64,000 bases of DNA from NCBI GenBank assembly GCA_027459745.1, contig DAIDHL010000004.1, positions 15,240 to 79,239 of the forward strand, given 5' to 3'. Both the position numbers and the translations under genes were made by a program. The first letter of the stretch is position 1. Every line of letters starts with the position of its first letter. The notes under the pieces were generated by a model. That model did not search any database, was not told the origin of the DNA, and saw nothing but the letters and a program-made list of their open reading frames with translations. Positions 40,706 to 51,131 of this stretch are shown here, piece after piece. The DNA comes from Candidatus Levyibacteriota bacterium. GTDB lineage: Bacteria; Patescibacteriota; Microgenomatia; Levybacterales; UBA12049.

Positions 40706-43132
40706 ATGAACCTGCCATTTTTTTCAAAGGGGAAACCAAAAACTCAAATCAGCTATTTCCTCGCTTTAACTCTACGCGATGAACAAATAGGAGCATACGT
40801 TCTTAAAGAAGAAGAAAGTAAGTTACACCTTATAGGTAAAAGTGAGGAGACATTAGATAAATCCATCGAACAACTAGATTTTAAAAATTGGATCGATATT
40901 TTAGATCGCACGATCAGTCAAGCAGAAAATTCATTACCCAAAAATGTCATGACGCGCAACACCATGTTTGGCGTCAAAGAAAGCTGGGTAGAGGAAAATA
41001 AAATCAAAACAGATTATCTACACAAACTCAAACAGGTTTGTGATGAATTAGGCTTACAGCCAACCGGTTTTTTGGTTATATCCGAAGCAATAGCTCACCG
41101 TTTGCAACAGGAAGAAGGAGCGCCTCTAACCGCTATCTTAGTAGAAATTGGCAAAAGCCAGATGACTGTTTCCCATGTTAGAGCAGGAAAAATCTTAGAA
41201 ACTAAACACACTATAATTATTGAATCGGCTGCGAGAACGCTTGATGCTTTACTCAAACACTTTATTACCGCTACTGTGCTACCAGCCAGAATTATTTTGT
41301 TTGATGGAAATAATACAGAAAATTTGACACAAGAGTTTATTGCACATCAGTGGAGTAAGAGTTTGCCTTTTCTTCACATGCCACAGATCACCCCTCTACC
41401 TCATGGTTTCGATGCACGCTCAGTCATCCTAGGGGCTGCTGAACAAATGGGACTACAAGTTTCTAGTGATATTAACATGGCAGGATTGCCAGAAAAGTCA
41501 GCTGAGGTGCCTCCTTCATTAATGGATAATTTACAGCCTGTGGCTCCAATTATTGATACCAATAATAATCAATCGACATCCGAAATCCTTCCCACTGGTG
41601 AGGAATCAACTGACACCATGGCACGTGAGTTTGAAAAAAGATTAAGCGAAAGATTAAACGAAGAAGACCACAGTCAAGAAAAAACTGTCGAAGATACCGC
41701 TGTTGTTACAGCTGAAGAATTTGGATTTGTAAAGGGAATCGATATTACGACTTTGCCCCATAAAGAAACACCAACAATGACTGAAAATAAGAATTCCGAA
41801 TTATCCGAAAGTTTAAAAGTTCAGCCAGATTATAACAATGACTACACAAGCCATAATCTTGAGACAGCAGCAGAATCTACAAAATCACATAAGACATTCT
41901 CACTGACAGCTTTGCCTTTAAATTTGGAATTTATAAAAAAACTTTTTCATAAATTTATCACAGACAAATCAGACTCTCCTGTAGAGTCTGGAATACCACG
42001 CTGGCTGATTATAGTTCCAGCAGTTTTGCTGGTAATAGTTGCAGGAATCATCTGGTATATTTTCAATGTCAAAGCTACGGTTGATCTTACGCTCAAGCCG
42101 AAAATTGTCGAGGAACAAGGGACTATCACTTTTGCTCTAGGTTCTGGTAATGACTTTTCTAATGATACAGTTGGAGCTCAAGATGTCTCAGTTGACTTAA
42201 GCGGGACTGCCAGTACTACCACTACCGGCAGTAAAGATGTAGGAACTCCTGCCAAGGGTGCAGTCACTGTTTATAATAATTCTGACAGTCCTGAAACCCT
42301 AGCTTCAGGTACCACTGTCACCTCAACAAACAATCTTGTGTTTACCCTGGATAATGATGTGACTATTGCTTCAGCCTCAGGAGATGTTTTCAGCGGTACC
42401 AAACCAGGGACTGCTGATGTAAATGTCACAGCCAAAGATATCGGTTCTCAATATAATCTTCCTTCGGGTATGACATTTTCTATCAACGCCGGCAATTCAG
42501 TAGCTGCTAAAAATAATAATGCTTTCAGTGGAGGAAGTAAAAAAACTGTTACAGTTGTCTCTCAGGCAGATATTAATAAGTTATTAACTTCTCTACCTCA
42601 AAGTCTAACAGACAAGGCGAAGAGTCAATTACAAAGCCAGATCTCAGGTGATCAAACACTTTTACCCGGCATAATCAGTCAGGAATTTAAGTCTAAATCT
42701 TTTAATCACAATCTTGGAGATCAAACTAATTCAGTCACACTTACAGCAACTATTACATTTCACGGGGCGGCATATAAAAGCCAAGACTTACAAGATTTAG
42801 CCAAAACTATGTTAAAAGATAAATTTACAGGGAATTCATCTTTATCTGATAAAGGAATTACGGCTAACGTTAACAAATTGCAACCATCTTCTGATGGTAA
42901 ATCTATCGGCGCAACTCTTGACTTACAAGCTGGACTTCTACCCAATATTGATACTTCAAGTTTAGTTACACAAATCACTGGTAAAACTGCTAATCAAGCC
43001 ACACAAATTCTAAATGGGATACCCCAAATTGAATCAAGTACCATCCAGCTCAGCCCGCATATTCCCCTGATACCACAAATTTTGCCACGCTTTTCCAAAC
43101 ACATCATAATTGAAGTCAACGGAAATGGCTAA
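40706..43132 (+). CDS. large bitopic membrane protein with a cytoplasmic N-domain, one TM, and an extracellular T/S/N/G-rich beta-rich domain
   Basis: 808 aa with TM IPRWLIIVPAVLLVIVAGIIWYIF at about aa 435. The N-domain pattern ...LAILVEIGKSQMTVSHVRAGKIL... suggests a degenerate actin-like (FtsA/PilM-like) fold, which is an inference. The 3' end overlaps the sortase gene by 23 nt. Confidence 0.6.
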   Translation: MNLPFFSKGKPKTQISYFLALTLRDEQIGAYVLKEEESKLHLIGKSEETLDKSIEQLDFKNWIDILDRTISQAENSLPKNVMTRNTMFGVKESWVEENKIKTDYLHKLKQVCDELGLQPTGFLVISEAIAHRLQQEEGAPLTAILVEIGKSQMTVSHVRAGKILETKHTIIIESAARTLDALLKHFITATVLPARIILFDGNNTENLTQEFIAHQWSKSLPFLHMPQITPLPHGFDARSVILGAAEQMGLQVSSDINMAGLPEKSAEVPPSLMDNLQPVAPIIDTNNNQSTSEILPTGEESTDTMAREFEKRLSERLNEEDHSQEKTVEDTAVVTAEEFGFVKGIDITTLPHKETPTMTENKNSELSESLKVQPDYNNDYTSHNLETAAESTKSHKTFSLTALPLNLEFIKKLFHKFITDKSDSPVESGIPRWLIIVPAVLLVIVAGIIWYIFNVKATVDLTLKPKIVEEQGTITFALGSGNDFSNDTVGAQDVSVDLSGTASTTTTGSKDVGTPAKGAVTVYNNSDSPETLASGTTVTSTNNLVFTLDNDVTIASASGDVFSGTKPGTADVNVTAKDIGSQYNLPSGMTFSINAGNSVAAKNNNAFSGGSKKTVTVVSQADINKLLTSLPQSLTDKAKSQLQSQISGDQTLLPGIISQEFKSKSFNHNLGDQTNSVTLTATITFHGAAYKSQDLQDLAKTMLKDKFTGNSSLSDKGITANVNKLQPSSDGKSIGATLDLQAGLLPNIDTSSLVTQITGKTANQATQILNGIPQIESSTIQLSPHIPLIPQILPRFSKHIIIEVNGNG

Positions 43133-43877
43133 TAAGTATTACTACCACAAAAGAGATATTCAAAAAATCCGGGAAATTGTCCGTTATATTGGTTTAGCAA
43201 TTTTTTTAACTGGTATTTTGGGCTTGCTTTATGTTTTTTTCCCATTAGTATCCTGGCAGATCTATTTAGTTCCACAATTAGCTTCACAGGACGTGGTCTC
43301 ACCTATACCTGATCAATCAGTACTATCTTCTAATTCGGTCGGGTCTTTGATACAAGATTCTATAAAAGATATCGGAGTAAATTACTCTAATGCAAATAAT
43401 TGGTTTCCCGGATACGCTCCTGAGAATTCTAGTAAATCTTCCTCTGTGCATATTTTTTATCTTTCCATTCCAGCCTTGAATATTTATCATGCAACTGTAA
43501 GTAATGCAGATAATGATTTGGATCATCATTTGGTAAATTTCGCCGGTACAGCTTCTCCCCCTGAAAAAGGCAATACAGTTATATTTGGTCATTCAACTCT
43601 ACCTCAGTGGTTTGATCCGCATAACTACAAGGCTATCTTTGCCACCGCTCTCAATTTAAAAGTTGGCGATAAAATTATTGCTACAGTTAATGGAGCAGAT
43701 TATAACTATGTCATTGATAACATCAGCATTGTTAATGCAGATGACTACACGCCTTTAGAACAACAATATGATGATAGTTATATGACAATTATCACCTGTA
43801 CCCCACCTGGAACTACCTGGAAACGCCTTGTTATTCATTCTCGTCTTGCAAAGTTAACAAATTCTTCTCTACAATAG
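43110..43877 (+). CDS. sortase family transpeptidase
   Basis: N-terminal TM anchor, catalytic His (VIFGHS), a TLXTC-type motif (MTIITCTP) and a conserved Arg (RLVIHSRL). Confidence 0.8.
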   Translation: MKSTEMANKYYYHKRDIQKIREIVRYIGLAIFLTGILGLLYVFFPLVSWQIYLVPQLASQDVVSPIPDQSVLSSNSVGSLIQDSIKDIGVNYSNANNWFPGYAPENSSKSSSVHIFYLSIPALNIYHATVSNADNDLDHHLVNFAGTASPPEKGNTVIFGHSTLPQWFDPHNYKAIFATALNLKVGDKIIATVNGADYNYVIDNISIVNADDYTPLEQQYDDSYMTIITCTPPGTTWKRLVIHSRLAKLTNSSLQ

Positions 43878-44206
43878 AGATATTAATAGAAGGTTTGTCG
43901 TAGTTTCGAGTCGGAGGACTGATTGTCTATTTTTAGAATCAACAACTTGAGCTTGAGCAAAGATTTTAATATTTTTATACTCAACTCGTTTTATTTTCAA
44001 ACTTATGAATCCCAACATTACTACTCGTTTTCAAGCTGTGATGAAACAAATCTGGCCTACTGTATATAAAATAATCAACAGCACGATATATTTTTTAATT
44101 GAACTCATTCGCTCTGCAGTAAGGATTGCAATAGAACAAATCAAAAACGGTGGTGCATAAATAGTTATAAAGATGGAATTTATAACGTTTATAAATCTTT
44201 CTCTCT

Positions 44207-45484
44207 ATGGATGAAAAAGAATTAGCCTTAGAAGCAATAAGAAAAAAATTAGTTGGTAAAAAACTTTCTTACAAGGAAATTTATGCCATTATGGATGAAA
44301 TTTCACATCAACGTTTTAGTACGGTTCTCACAACCTACTTTACTGCTTCAGGTTATTCGAATGGTTTTACGGATGATGAGATCTTTTATCTAACTAAAGC
44401 CATGGTAGAAACAGGCGATCAGCTCCATTTTAAAGGCATTGTTGCAGACAAGCATTCTATCGGTGGTATCTCTGGTACAAGGACTACCATGATAGTCGTT
44501 CCCATAGTCTCTTCTGCTGGTTTTACTATTCCGAAAAGTTCCAGTCGCGCCATCACCACCCCCGGAGGAACAGCTGATGATATGGAAGTCATCGCACCAG
44601 TAATTTTTAACAAAGAACAAATTTATAAAATCGTAGAAAATACTAATGGTTGTATTGTCTGGGGCGGTAGTGTGAATATTGCCCCCGCTGACGATATTAT
44701 TATCAAGGTAGAAGAGCCATTGATGTTTGAAAGCTTTGACAAAATCCTGGTATCTATCATGGCCAAAAAAGTAGCATTTGGTTCTAATCATGTAGTAATT
44801 GATCTCCCTTATGGTAAATTAGTTAAAGTCCATTCTTTATCTGATGCTAACGTTCTTAAAAAGAAATTCGAGACTCTGGCTGCAAAGTTTGATATTAAAA
44901 TAAAAGTGCTGGTAAGTGAGACAGATCAGCCGGCTGGCAGAGGAATTGGCCCGCTTTTAGAAGCCAGAGAAGCCATTAGAGTTTTAGAACAACACACTAG
45001 TCGCCCTTTAGATTTGGAAGAGCGTGCCTTAAGTTTGGCAGGAAACTTACTTGACTTATGTTTGGCGGATAGTAGTCAAGATTTACAGAAAAAAATTAAA
45101 AGTGAATTCGGTGACGGTTATAACTGGGCTAAGTCTTTATTAGCTAACGGACAAGCACACAAGAAAATGTCTGAAATTATTAAAGCTCAGGGAGGAAACC
45201 CGGATTTAGTGAGCGAGGATTTAAAACCCGGGAAGTATGCACATGAAATTTTATCACCTCATACCGGGAAGATTACAGAATTCCAGATCATAAATAGTAC
45301 TGTACTGGCCAAGCTCTTAGGAGCACCTCATAGAAAAAGAGCTGGCATTTACTTACATAAAAAATTAGGAGAAAGTGTTGAAAAAAATGAGATATTGTGT
45401 ACACTATACAGTGATAGTCAAACTGATATGCACGAAGCCATTGAAACTCTAAATAATTTGCCTTTATATACTATCGCGAGATAG
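44207..45484 (+). CDS. pyrimidine-nucleoside (thymidine/AMP-type) phosphorylase family protein
   Basis: DKHSIGGISGTRTTMIVVPIVSSAGFTIPKSSSRAITTPGGTADDMEVIAP matches the TP/PyNP phosphate and pyrimidine loop. Confidence 0.8.
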   Translation: MDEKELALEAIRKKLVGKKLSYKEIYAIMDEISHQRFSTVLTTYFTASGYSNGFTDDEIFYLTKAMVETGDQLHFKGIVADKHSIGGISGTRTTMIVVPIVSSAGFTIPKSSSRAITTPGGTADDMEVIAPVIFNKEQIYKIVENTNGCIVWGGSVNIAPADDIIIKVEEPLMFESFDKILVSIMAKKVAFGSNHVVIDLPYGKLVKVHSLSDANVLKKKFETLAAKFDIKIKVLVSETDQPAGRGIGPLLEAREAIRVLEQHTSRPLDLEERALSLAGNLLDLCLADSSQDLQKKIKSEFGDGYNWAKSLLANGQAHKKMSEIIKAQGGNPDLVSEDLKPGKYAHEILSPHTGKITEFQIINSTVLAKLLGAPHRKRAGIYLHKKLGESVEKNEILCTLYSDSQTDMHEAIETLNNLPLYTIAR

Positions 45485-45491
45485 CAGCAAA

Positions 45492-46475
45492 ATGCACAGA
45501 CGCAGATCTCACTCAAATATGAATAGATTAGCTGTTTTTTTTACTATTGTATTGGTGATTATAGCCGGAGCAGGGGTTGTGTGGTGGAATCATGGTTCTG
45601 GTGCGCTTAACCCTAATGATACCTCAGCCAAGTTATTTGTGGTCCAATCTGGAGAATCATTACGAGAAATTGCCGGCTCACTGCAGCAAAATAATTTAAT
45701 TGTTGATACCAATATCTTCTACCTTATTGTTAAACAAAATAATCTAGAAAATAAGTTACAAGCTGGTGAGTTTAAATTGTCCGCTAGTATGACCCCCCTA
45801 CAAATCGCCCAGACATTAACTAAAGGTAGTCTCAATGTCTGGATCACAATCCCAGAAGGTAAGCGTGCTACAGAGATCGCCCAAATTTTACAGGCACATT
45901 TTCCCCAATATACCCCTGACTGGGAACAAAAATTAATTTCACAAGAAGGCTATTTATTCCCCGACACCTACCTTTTTCCCCAAGACGTCACGATTGATCA
46001 GATAATTAGCACAATGAGAAATAATTTTAACAAAAAGTTTGATAGTGTACCTACTAATCCCGACAATCCATTTACAGAAAAACAAATTGTTACAGTTGCC
46101 TCTTTAGTGGAACGGGAAGCAAAATATCCTGAAGATAGACCCCTAGTCGCATCTGTGATCTATAATCGTTTAAATTCGGGTATGCCACTACAAATCGATG
46201 CCTCTATTCAGTATGCAATGGGTACTCCTTCAAATTGGTGGCCTGTATTGACCGATAGTGGCGGTAATATTCTTCCAAATTCTGCATATAATACATACAC
46301 TAGAACTGGTTTGCCCCCAACTCCTATCTCAAATCCCGGATTAAGTTCACTGGCAGCGGCTATAAAACCAAACCAATCCAGTTATCTTTATTATGTCTCT
46401 GATAAGAATGGACATAACCATTATGAAACAACTCTTAGTCAACATAACGCTGATATCACCAGATACGGATTGTAA
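45492..46475 (+). CDS. mltG: endolytic murein transglycosylase MltG (YceG family)
   Basis: N-terminal TM and the YceG signature ...GLPPTPISNPGLSSLAAAIKP..SSYLYYV. Confidence 0.85.
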   Translation: MHRRRSHSNMNRLAVFFTIVLVIIAGAGVVWWNHGSGALNPNDTSAKLFVVQSGESLREIAGSLQQNNLIVDTNIFYLIVKQNNLENKLQAGEFKLSASMTPLQIAQTLTKGSLNVWITIPEGKRATEIAQILQAHFPQYTPDWEQKLISQEGYLFPDTYLFPQDVTIDQIISTMRNNFNKKFDSVPTNPDNPFTEKQIVTVASLVEREAKYPEDRPLVASVIYNRLNSGMPLQIDASIQYAMGTPSNWWPVLTDSGGNILPNSAYNTYTRTGLPPTPISNPGLSSLAAAIKPNQSSYLYYVSDKNGHNHYETTLSQHNADITRYGL

Positions 46476-46509
46476 TCTAATAGTCAGGAGACAGTAGAGG
46501 TTATTAAAT

Positions 46510-46875
46510 CTATTTTTTAACGGCTTTTCTGAAGAATTTGTGACCGGAAGTTATTCTTCTTACAGGTTGAGCAGGTTTTGCAGGTACTACTTTTTCTTCC
46601 GAAACTTGTTCATCTGGCATTTCACTTTCCAGCGGTTCGTCCATTTCGTCTTCGGGATCAATAATTTCTCCATCATCTTCCATAGCGCGTAAAATGTCCT
46701 CAACTTCATTGAATTTGCTCATACCTTCTTCAGATAAGGTTTGTAAAATTTGCCTTCCTTTTTTGGTGGTAAACATGAGGGTAACTAATACACCTACGAC
46801 TAAACCCAGAACGAACCCGTTCAACGAAGAACCAGATTTTATTTGTTGTACAGGCAGATATTCATTATTCTTCAT
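46510..46875 (-). CDS. YtxH-like small membrane protein with an acidic C-terminus
   Basis: GFVLGLVVGVLVTLMFTTKKGRQILQTL helix, then an E/D-rich tail. The start is taken at the second ATG. Confidence 0.45.
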   Translation of the reverse strand: MKNNEYLPVQQIKSGSSLNGFVLGLVVGVLVTLMFTTKKGRQILQTLSEEGMSKFNEVEDILRAMEDDGEIIDPEDEMDEPLESEMPDEQVSEEKVVPAKPAQPVRRITSGHKFFRKAVKK

Positions 46876-47161
46876 GGTGTCGGTCTTTATGTTCATCTCG
46901 TTTCAAGAATGTCTTAATAATTTTTGCCACCGCCATAAACGAGCCAGAACTGACCAATCCACTTATTCCTCCCAAAGATGACAAAGGCTTTGAGACTGCA
47001 TCAGCAATAGTATCGGCAGTATCCAGTACTTTGTTGGCCTTGAAAAGAGTGTGACGAACCTCGCGAAGAATGAAGAAGACTTGTACACCAAGCACTACCA
47101 ACAATAACGTAAGAACGATAATTACAAATAACAGAACAAGTTGGACAGAGTCAATGTTCAT
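46865..47161 (-). CDS. DUF948-like small membrane protein
   Basis: N-terminal TM LVLLFVIIVLTLLLVVLGVQVFFIL followed by a helical region. It overlaps the downstream YtxH-like gene. Confidence 0.45.
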   Translation of the reverse strand: MNIDSVQLVLLFVIIVLTLLLVVLGVQVFFILREVRHTLFKANKVLDTADTIADAVSKPLSSLGGISGLVSSGSFMAVAKIIKTFLKRDEHKDRHHEE

Positions 47162-47321
47162 ATTTATACCGCGAAGCCAAGTACGACTTGTCGATGAGTA
47201 TATCTACTTTACTAGCAATTAAGTTGAGTGTCAATATAACAAACAGAAACAATCATTTTTCATTAAAGCAAAATATGTAAAAAGATGTCTAAGAAATTAA
47301 CTACTTCCTATGCACTATAAC

Positions 47322-47948
47322 TTATTTTACTTCCACGGTACGATCAATGATGGTAGTTTTACCATAATGATTTTGTGCAGTAATCTCAATCTGAGTACTA
47401 CCGGGGAGCAGCGTCAAGTCTTTGAAGAAATTACCATTTTGATCTACGGTGACCATTTCACCGTTTACTAACACTAAATCATTGGGATCTGTACTACCTT
47501 TAACCTCAATATTAGCAGGCACTACTGAGTTGTCTGTAGGACTGTTGACCTGTAAAAAAGGGCTAAAAAAAACTGATCTATATTGGAAAACTAAATAACT
47601 TAATAAAAATAAACAAATAACTACTAAAGCGATACTAGAGCGCTGGATACGCAACGTTTTGTGTTTATATTTCTCTTGGGCAAAACTATCCGGTAGCACT
47701 TTGTTAGTTTTTTTAGGATCGAACTCTCTATGAAATAAAGCTAAAGCCTCGCGACGAGGAATACCTAAATAAGAAGCATAATTGGTTACAAATCCTTGAG
47801 CATAGGTAGCTGAAGGTAATTTAGCATATTCATCACTCTCAATAGCAGAAAGAAAAGCAGGGCGGATTTTAGTAGCAGAAGATACTTCTTCCAGCGAAAG
47901 ACCTTTTTTTCTTCTCTCTTCTGACAATAATTCCCCTAGATGAACCAT
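47322..47948 (-). CDS. rodZ: RodZ-like cytoskeleton protein (HTH, TM, C-terminal domain)
   Basis: N-terminal HTH ...LSLEEVSSATKIRPAFLSAIESDEYAKLP..TYAQGFVTNYASYLGI, then a TM helix. Confidence 0.55.
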   Translation of the reverse strand: MVHLGELLSEERRKKGLSLEEVSSATKIRPAFLSAIESDEYAKLPSATYAQGFVTNYASYLGIPRREALALFHREFDPKKTNKVLPDSFAQEKYKHKTLRIQRSSIALVVICLFLLSYLVFQYRSVFFSPFLQVNSPTDNSVVPANIEVKGSTDPNDLVLVNGEMVTVDQNGNFFKDLTLLPGSTQIEITAQNHYGKTTIIDRTVEVK

Positions 47949-48042
47949 ACCTTAGAATAATGAATTATGTAATACGAATTACGAATAATCAAGTAGAATA
48001 ATATTTAGATATTTTTTATTCTACTTACTATATAATACTGCT

Positions 48043-50232
48043 CTATTGTGGCGTATTCAAACTCTGCAAAAATTCTTCTGCGTCATGTACCAAAACATCG
48101 CGGGGTTTCGCACCCTCTGAATGACCTACTACTCCTGCTTCTTCTAACATATCAATCAAGCGTGCAGCTTTCGCATAACCAATGGACATTTTTCGCTGTA
48201 AGAAAGAAGAAGAAGCTTGTTTAAACTGACAAACGATACGCACTGCCTGTTCAAAATCAGCATCATGCCCATCTGCACCTATACCGCTACCCTTTTTACC
48301 AGTAGAAACGGGTTGGTTAATAATTTCTTCTGTATACTCAACTGCTACATTTTTAGACTTCAAAAACTCTACCAATTTCTTGGTTTCTTTTTCAGATACA
48401 AATGCGCCCTGTATACGAGTCGGCTTGGCCTGATCTGGCGGCACATACAACATATCCCCACGGCCTAGCAATTTTTCGGCTCCCGGCATGTCAAGAATAA
48501 CTCTAGAGTCAATCATAGAAGATACATTAAAGGCGACACGACTAGGGATATTAGCTTTGATCAAGCCGGTAATAACATTCACCGAAGGACGCTGCGTCGC
48601 GATAACCAGATGGATACCCACAGCACGGGCCATCTGTGCCAAACGTGTAATTGTATCTTCAACTTCTACCGGTGCAAACATCATCAAATCCGCTAACTCG
48701 TCAATGATGATAACTATATAAGGCATGGCCTGAAAACCTGAAAGTTCATTATAGGAATCAATGTTACGCACTCCTCTGTCGGCAAAAATCTTGTATCTTC
48801 TATCCATTTCTCCTGTGGCCCATTTTAAAGCAGAAAGGATTTTTTCCACATCTACAATCACCGGAGTTAACAGATGCGGAATACCGTTGTAGGTAGTTAA
48901 CTCCACTCGTTTTGGATCAATTAAGATCATTTTTACTTCTTGAGGCGAAGCTCGGAATAGTAATGAGGTAATAAAAGCATTCATCAACACAGATTTTCCC
49001 GAACCGGTAGTTCCAGCGATCAATACATGCGGCATTCTAGAAATATCAGCCACCAGGGGAGCACCTGAAACGTCCAGACCTAGTGAGACAGCCAATTTAG
49101 ATTTACTCTTTTGCATTACTGTGGAGGCCAGCATCGTCTTCAAGGTCACGACTTCCAATGAGCGATTAGGAATTTCAATTCCTACTAGATTGCGTCCAGG
49201 AATTGGGGCTTCAATACGAATTTGTCCGGTGGGTGCTTCAGTTGCCAAAGCCAAGTCATTGGCCAGAGAAGTAATTTTGGAGACTTTAGTACCCAAAGCA
49301 ATTTCCAAAGCATATTGAGTAACCGCCGGACCCAAATTTACTTCTGCCACCCGGGCATCGACTCCAAAACTAGATAGAGTTTTTTCAATTAAAGAAGCAA
49401 TCTTGTTGATATCGCCACGATCTGCTTTTTTGCCGGGATCATCTGATAGGAGAGACAATGGAGGGTATTCCCAAATACCTGACCCACTTAGGGCATTTGC
49501 TACTAACTTGTCAGATAATAATTCCCCATTTGGCCTTTTATCATTGGTTAGAATTGATGAATCTACTGCTTTTGCTAATGCCGGTTGGGCTGTCTTAACC
49601 ACCTGCATATCCGTTTTTTGGCCACCTTTTATTGTCAGTGGTTTATGAGAAAAACCTTCTTTACTTTTTCGTAAACCTTTAAATAAGCCAAAGGGCATGA
49701 GGCGTACACTATTTTTGGCAATTGAACTAAATATATAAGCAATCTCATCTACTGAAGTATCAAAAAAGACAATTATACCGACGAATATTCCCGCGATATA
49801 AACGACATCTGCAAATGCTTTATTGACAATATCCGATACTATTTGAAACATACCCGTTCCTATGGAACCACTGCGGGAAAGCGCAAGTAAGCTGACAAAA
49901 AAAAGCAGATAGCCAATTGCAACATTTATCTTGGAAAGATAAAACTTTAAATGAAAGAAAAGTAGTGCAAAGAAAATTAATACAAGCGGAAATAAAAATG
50001 CCACACTGCCGAACTTATCATTAAGCATCGTATTCACGGACAACAACAAACTGTTATTTTTACCATATGATAAATAAAGTAATGCCGCTACCAACAAAAA
50101 GCCTACCGCAAATAGGTTATATACAGTATTCTTTTTAAGCTTTAACTTAAATTTTTTTCGATGACCGCGTCTAGCCATAGGCAAGGATAACCAGTTCATG
50201 ATAGCACAAATCGACTGCTCTGACAAAGTCAA
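48043..50232 (-). CDS. ftsK: DNA translocase FtsK/SpoIIIE
   Basis: N-terminal TM helices, Walker A IAGTTGSGKSV, and a C-terminal gamma winged-helix (...FLQRKMSIGYAKAARLIDMLEEAGVVG). Confidence 0.92.
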   Translation of the reverse strand: MTLSEQSICAIMNWLSLPMARRGHRKKFKLKLKKNTVYNLFAVGFLLVAALLYLSYGKNNSLLLSVNTMLNDKFGSVAFLFPLVLIFFALLFFHLKFYLSKINVAIGYLLFFVSLLALSRSGSIGTGMFQIVSDIVNKAFADVVYIAGIFVGIIVFFDTSVDEIAYIFSSIAKNSVRLMPFGLFKGLRKSKEGFSHKPLTIKGGQKTDMQVVKTAQPALAKAVDSSILTNDKRPNGELLSDKLVANALSGSGIWEYPPLSLLSDDPGKKADRGDINKIASLIEKTLSSFGVDARVAEVNLGPAVTQYALEIALGTKVSKITSLANDLALATEAPTGQIRIEAPIPGRNLVGIEIPNRSLEVVTLKTMLASTVMQKSKSKLAVSLGLDVSGAPLVADISRMPHVLIAGTTGSGKSVLMNAFITSLLFRASPQEVKMILIDPKRVELTTYNGIPHLLTPVIVDVEKILSALKWATGEMDRRYKIFADRGVRNIDSYNELSGFQAMPYIVIIIDELADLMMFAPVEVEDTITRLAQMARAVGIHLVIATQRPSVNVITGLIKANIPSRVAFNVSSMIDSRVILDMPGAEKLLGRGDMLYVPPDQAKPTRIQGAFVSEKETKKLVEFLKSKNVAVEYTEEIINQPVSTGKKGSGIGADGHDADFEQAVRIVCQFKQASSSFLQRKMSIGYAKAARLIDMLEEAGVVGHSEGAKPRDVLVHDAEEFLQSLNTPQ

Positions 50233-50314
50233 GCTTACTTGATCCAGGCTGATAATTCAGTAATTATTCAGTCTTTTTTATCAAAATTAGTAGCTTAGAT
50301 TAAATCAATTTTTT

Positions 50315-51037
50315 TTGTCTGGAATGTCGAGGCTTTTGGGTGTAAAATCAAATAGTATGATTGAAATAATTAGAGGTTATATAAAAAAATTGACACTAAA
50401 AATAAAGCGCATGCGTGTTCAAAAGATGCATATCGATTATGTAGCCGGTTTGTTAACAATTCCTGTGTTATTGACTGCAGTTTTGGTCAATTTTGGTAAT
50501 TTGAATAAGAATGAAAAAGCTCCTACTACTACCACTCCCAGTCCGCAAGTAATTATCGTTACTACTGCCCCTAATAGTAATGCCAATACCCCTAACGCAC
50601 AAACATCACAAACTACACCTACTCCAATTTGCATGAAGTCGGTTGGTCCAGTCAGCATTACCTCACCCACTGAAGGACAAGCTGTGAGTGATAATCCTGT
50701 CTGTATCCAGATCGATTATTCTGACAGTAGTTATTGTTCTGTGGTCTGGTCTTACCGCATCAATGGTGGTTCCTGGTCTGATTTTAATAATAATTCTCCA
50801 TGTCTATATAATCTTTCCAACGGCAATGTTCAATTTCAACTCAGGGTTAACAGTACAGTTTCCAGTGACAGTACTACCTTGACCAGAAATTTTGTTTATA
50901 ACGGGGCAAATAATCCTGTCAGCACTCCTACCCCCACTAATACTCCAACTCCTACTCCCACCAACACACCTACTCCCACAGCTACACCTACGCTAGCCGC
51001 GACTCCCACCGTTGTGGCCCCCACAAAAGCACAATAA
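50315..51037 (+). CDS. hypothetical secreted or anchored protein with an Ig-like domain and a PT-repeat tail. The start codon is uncertain.
   Basis: TM VAGLLTIPVLLTAVLV. Cys-containing beta-rich domain. C-terminal PTPTNTPTPTPTNTPTPTATPT. Confidence 0.5.
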   Translation: MSGMSRLLGVKSNSMIEIIRGYIKKLTLKIKRMRVQKMHIDYVAGLLTIPVLLTAVLVNFGNLNKNEKAPTTTTPSPQVIIVTTAPNSNANTPNAQTSQTTPTPICMKSVGPVSITSPTEGQAVSDNPVCIQIDYSDSSYCSVVWSYRINGGSWSDFNNNSPCLYNLSNGNVQFQLRVNSTVSSDSTTLTRNFVYNGANNPVSTPTPTNTPTPTPTNTPTPTATPTLAATPTVVAPTKAQ

Positions 51038-51131
51038 ATTAGTATTGTTGTATCTTGTATTAAGTATTAAGGGGGAATATGCAGCGAATTACATTTTTTA
51101 TACTTTATACATAATACTAACTACTTTATAC

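Noticed and set aside
47705-47725. tRNA T-arm-like GAGTTCGATCC on the minus strand
   Set aside because: It lies inside the rodZ-like coding frame with no acceptor or anticodon arms. No tRNA genes were found in the window.
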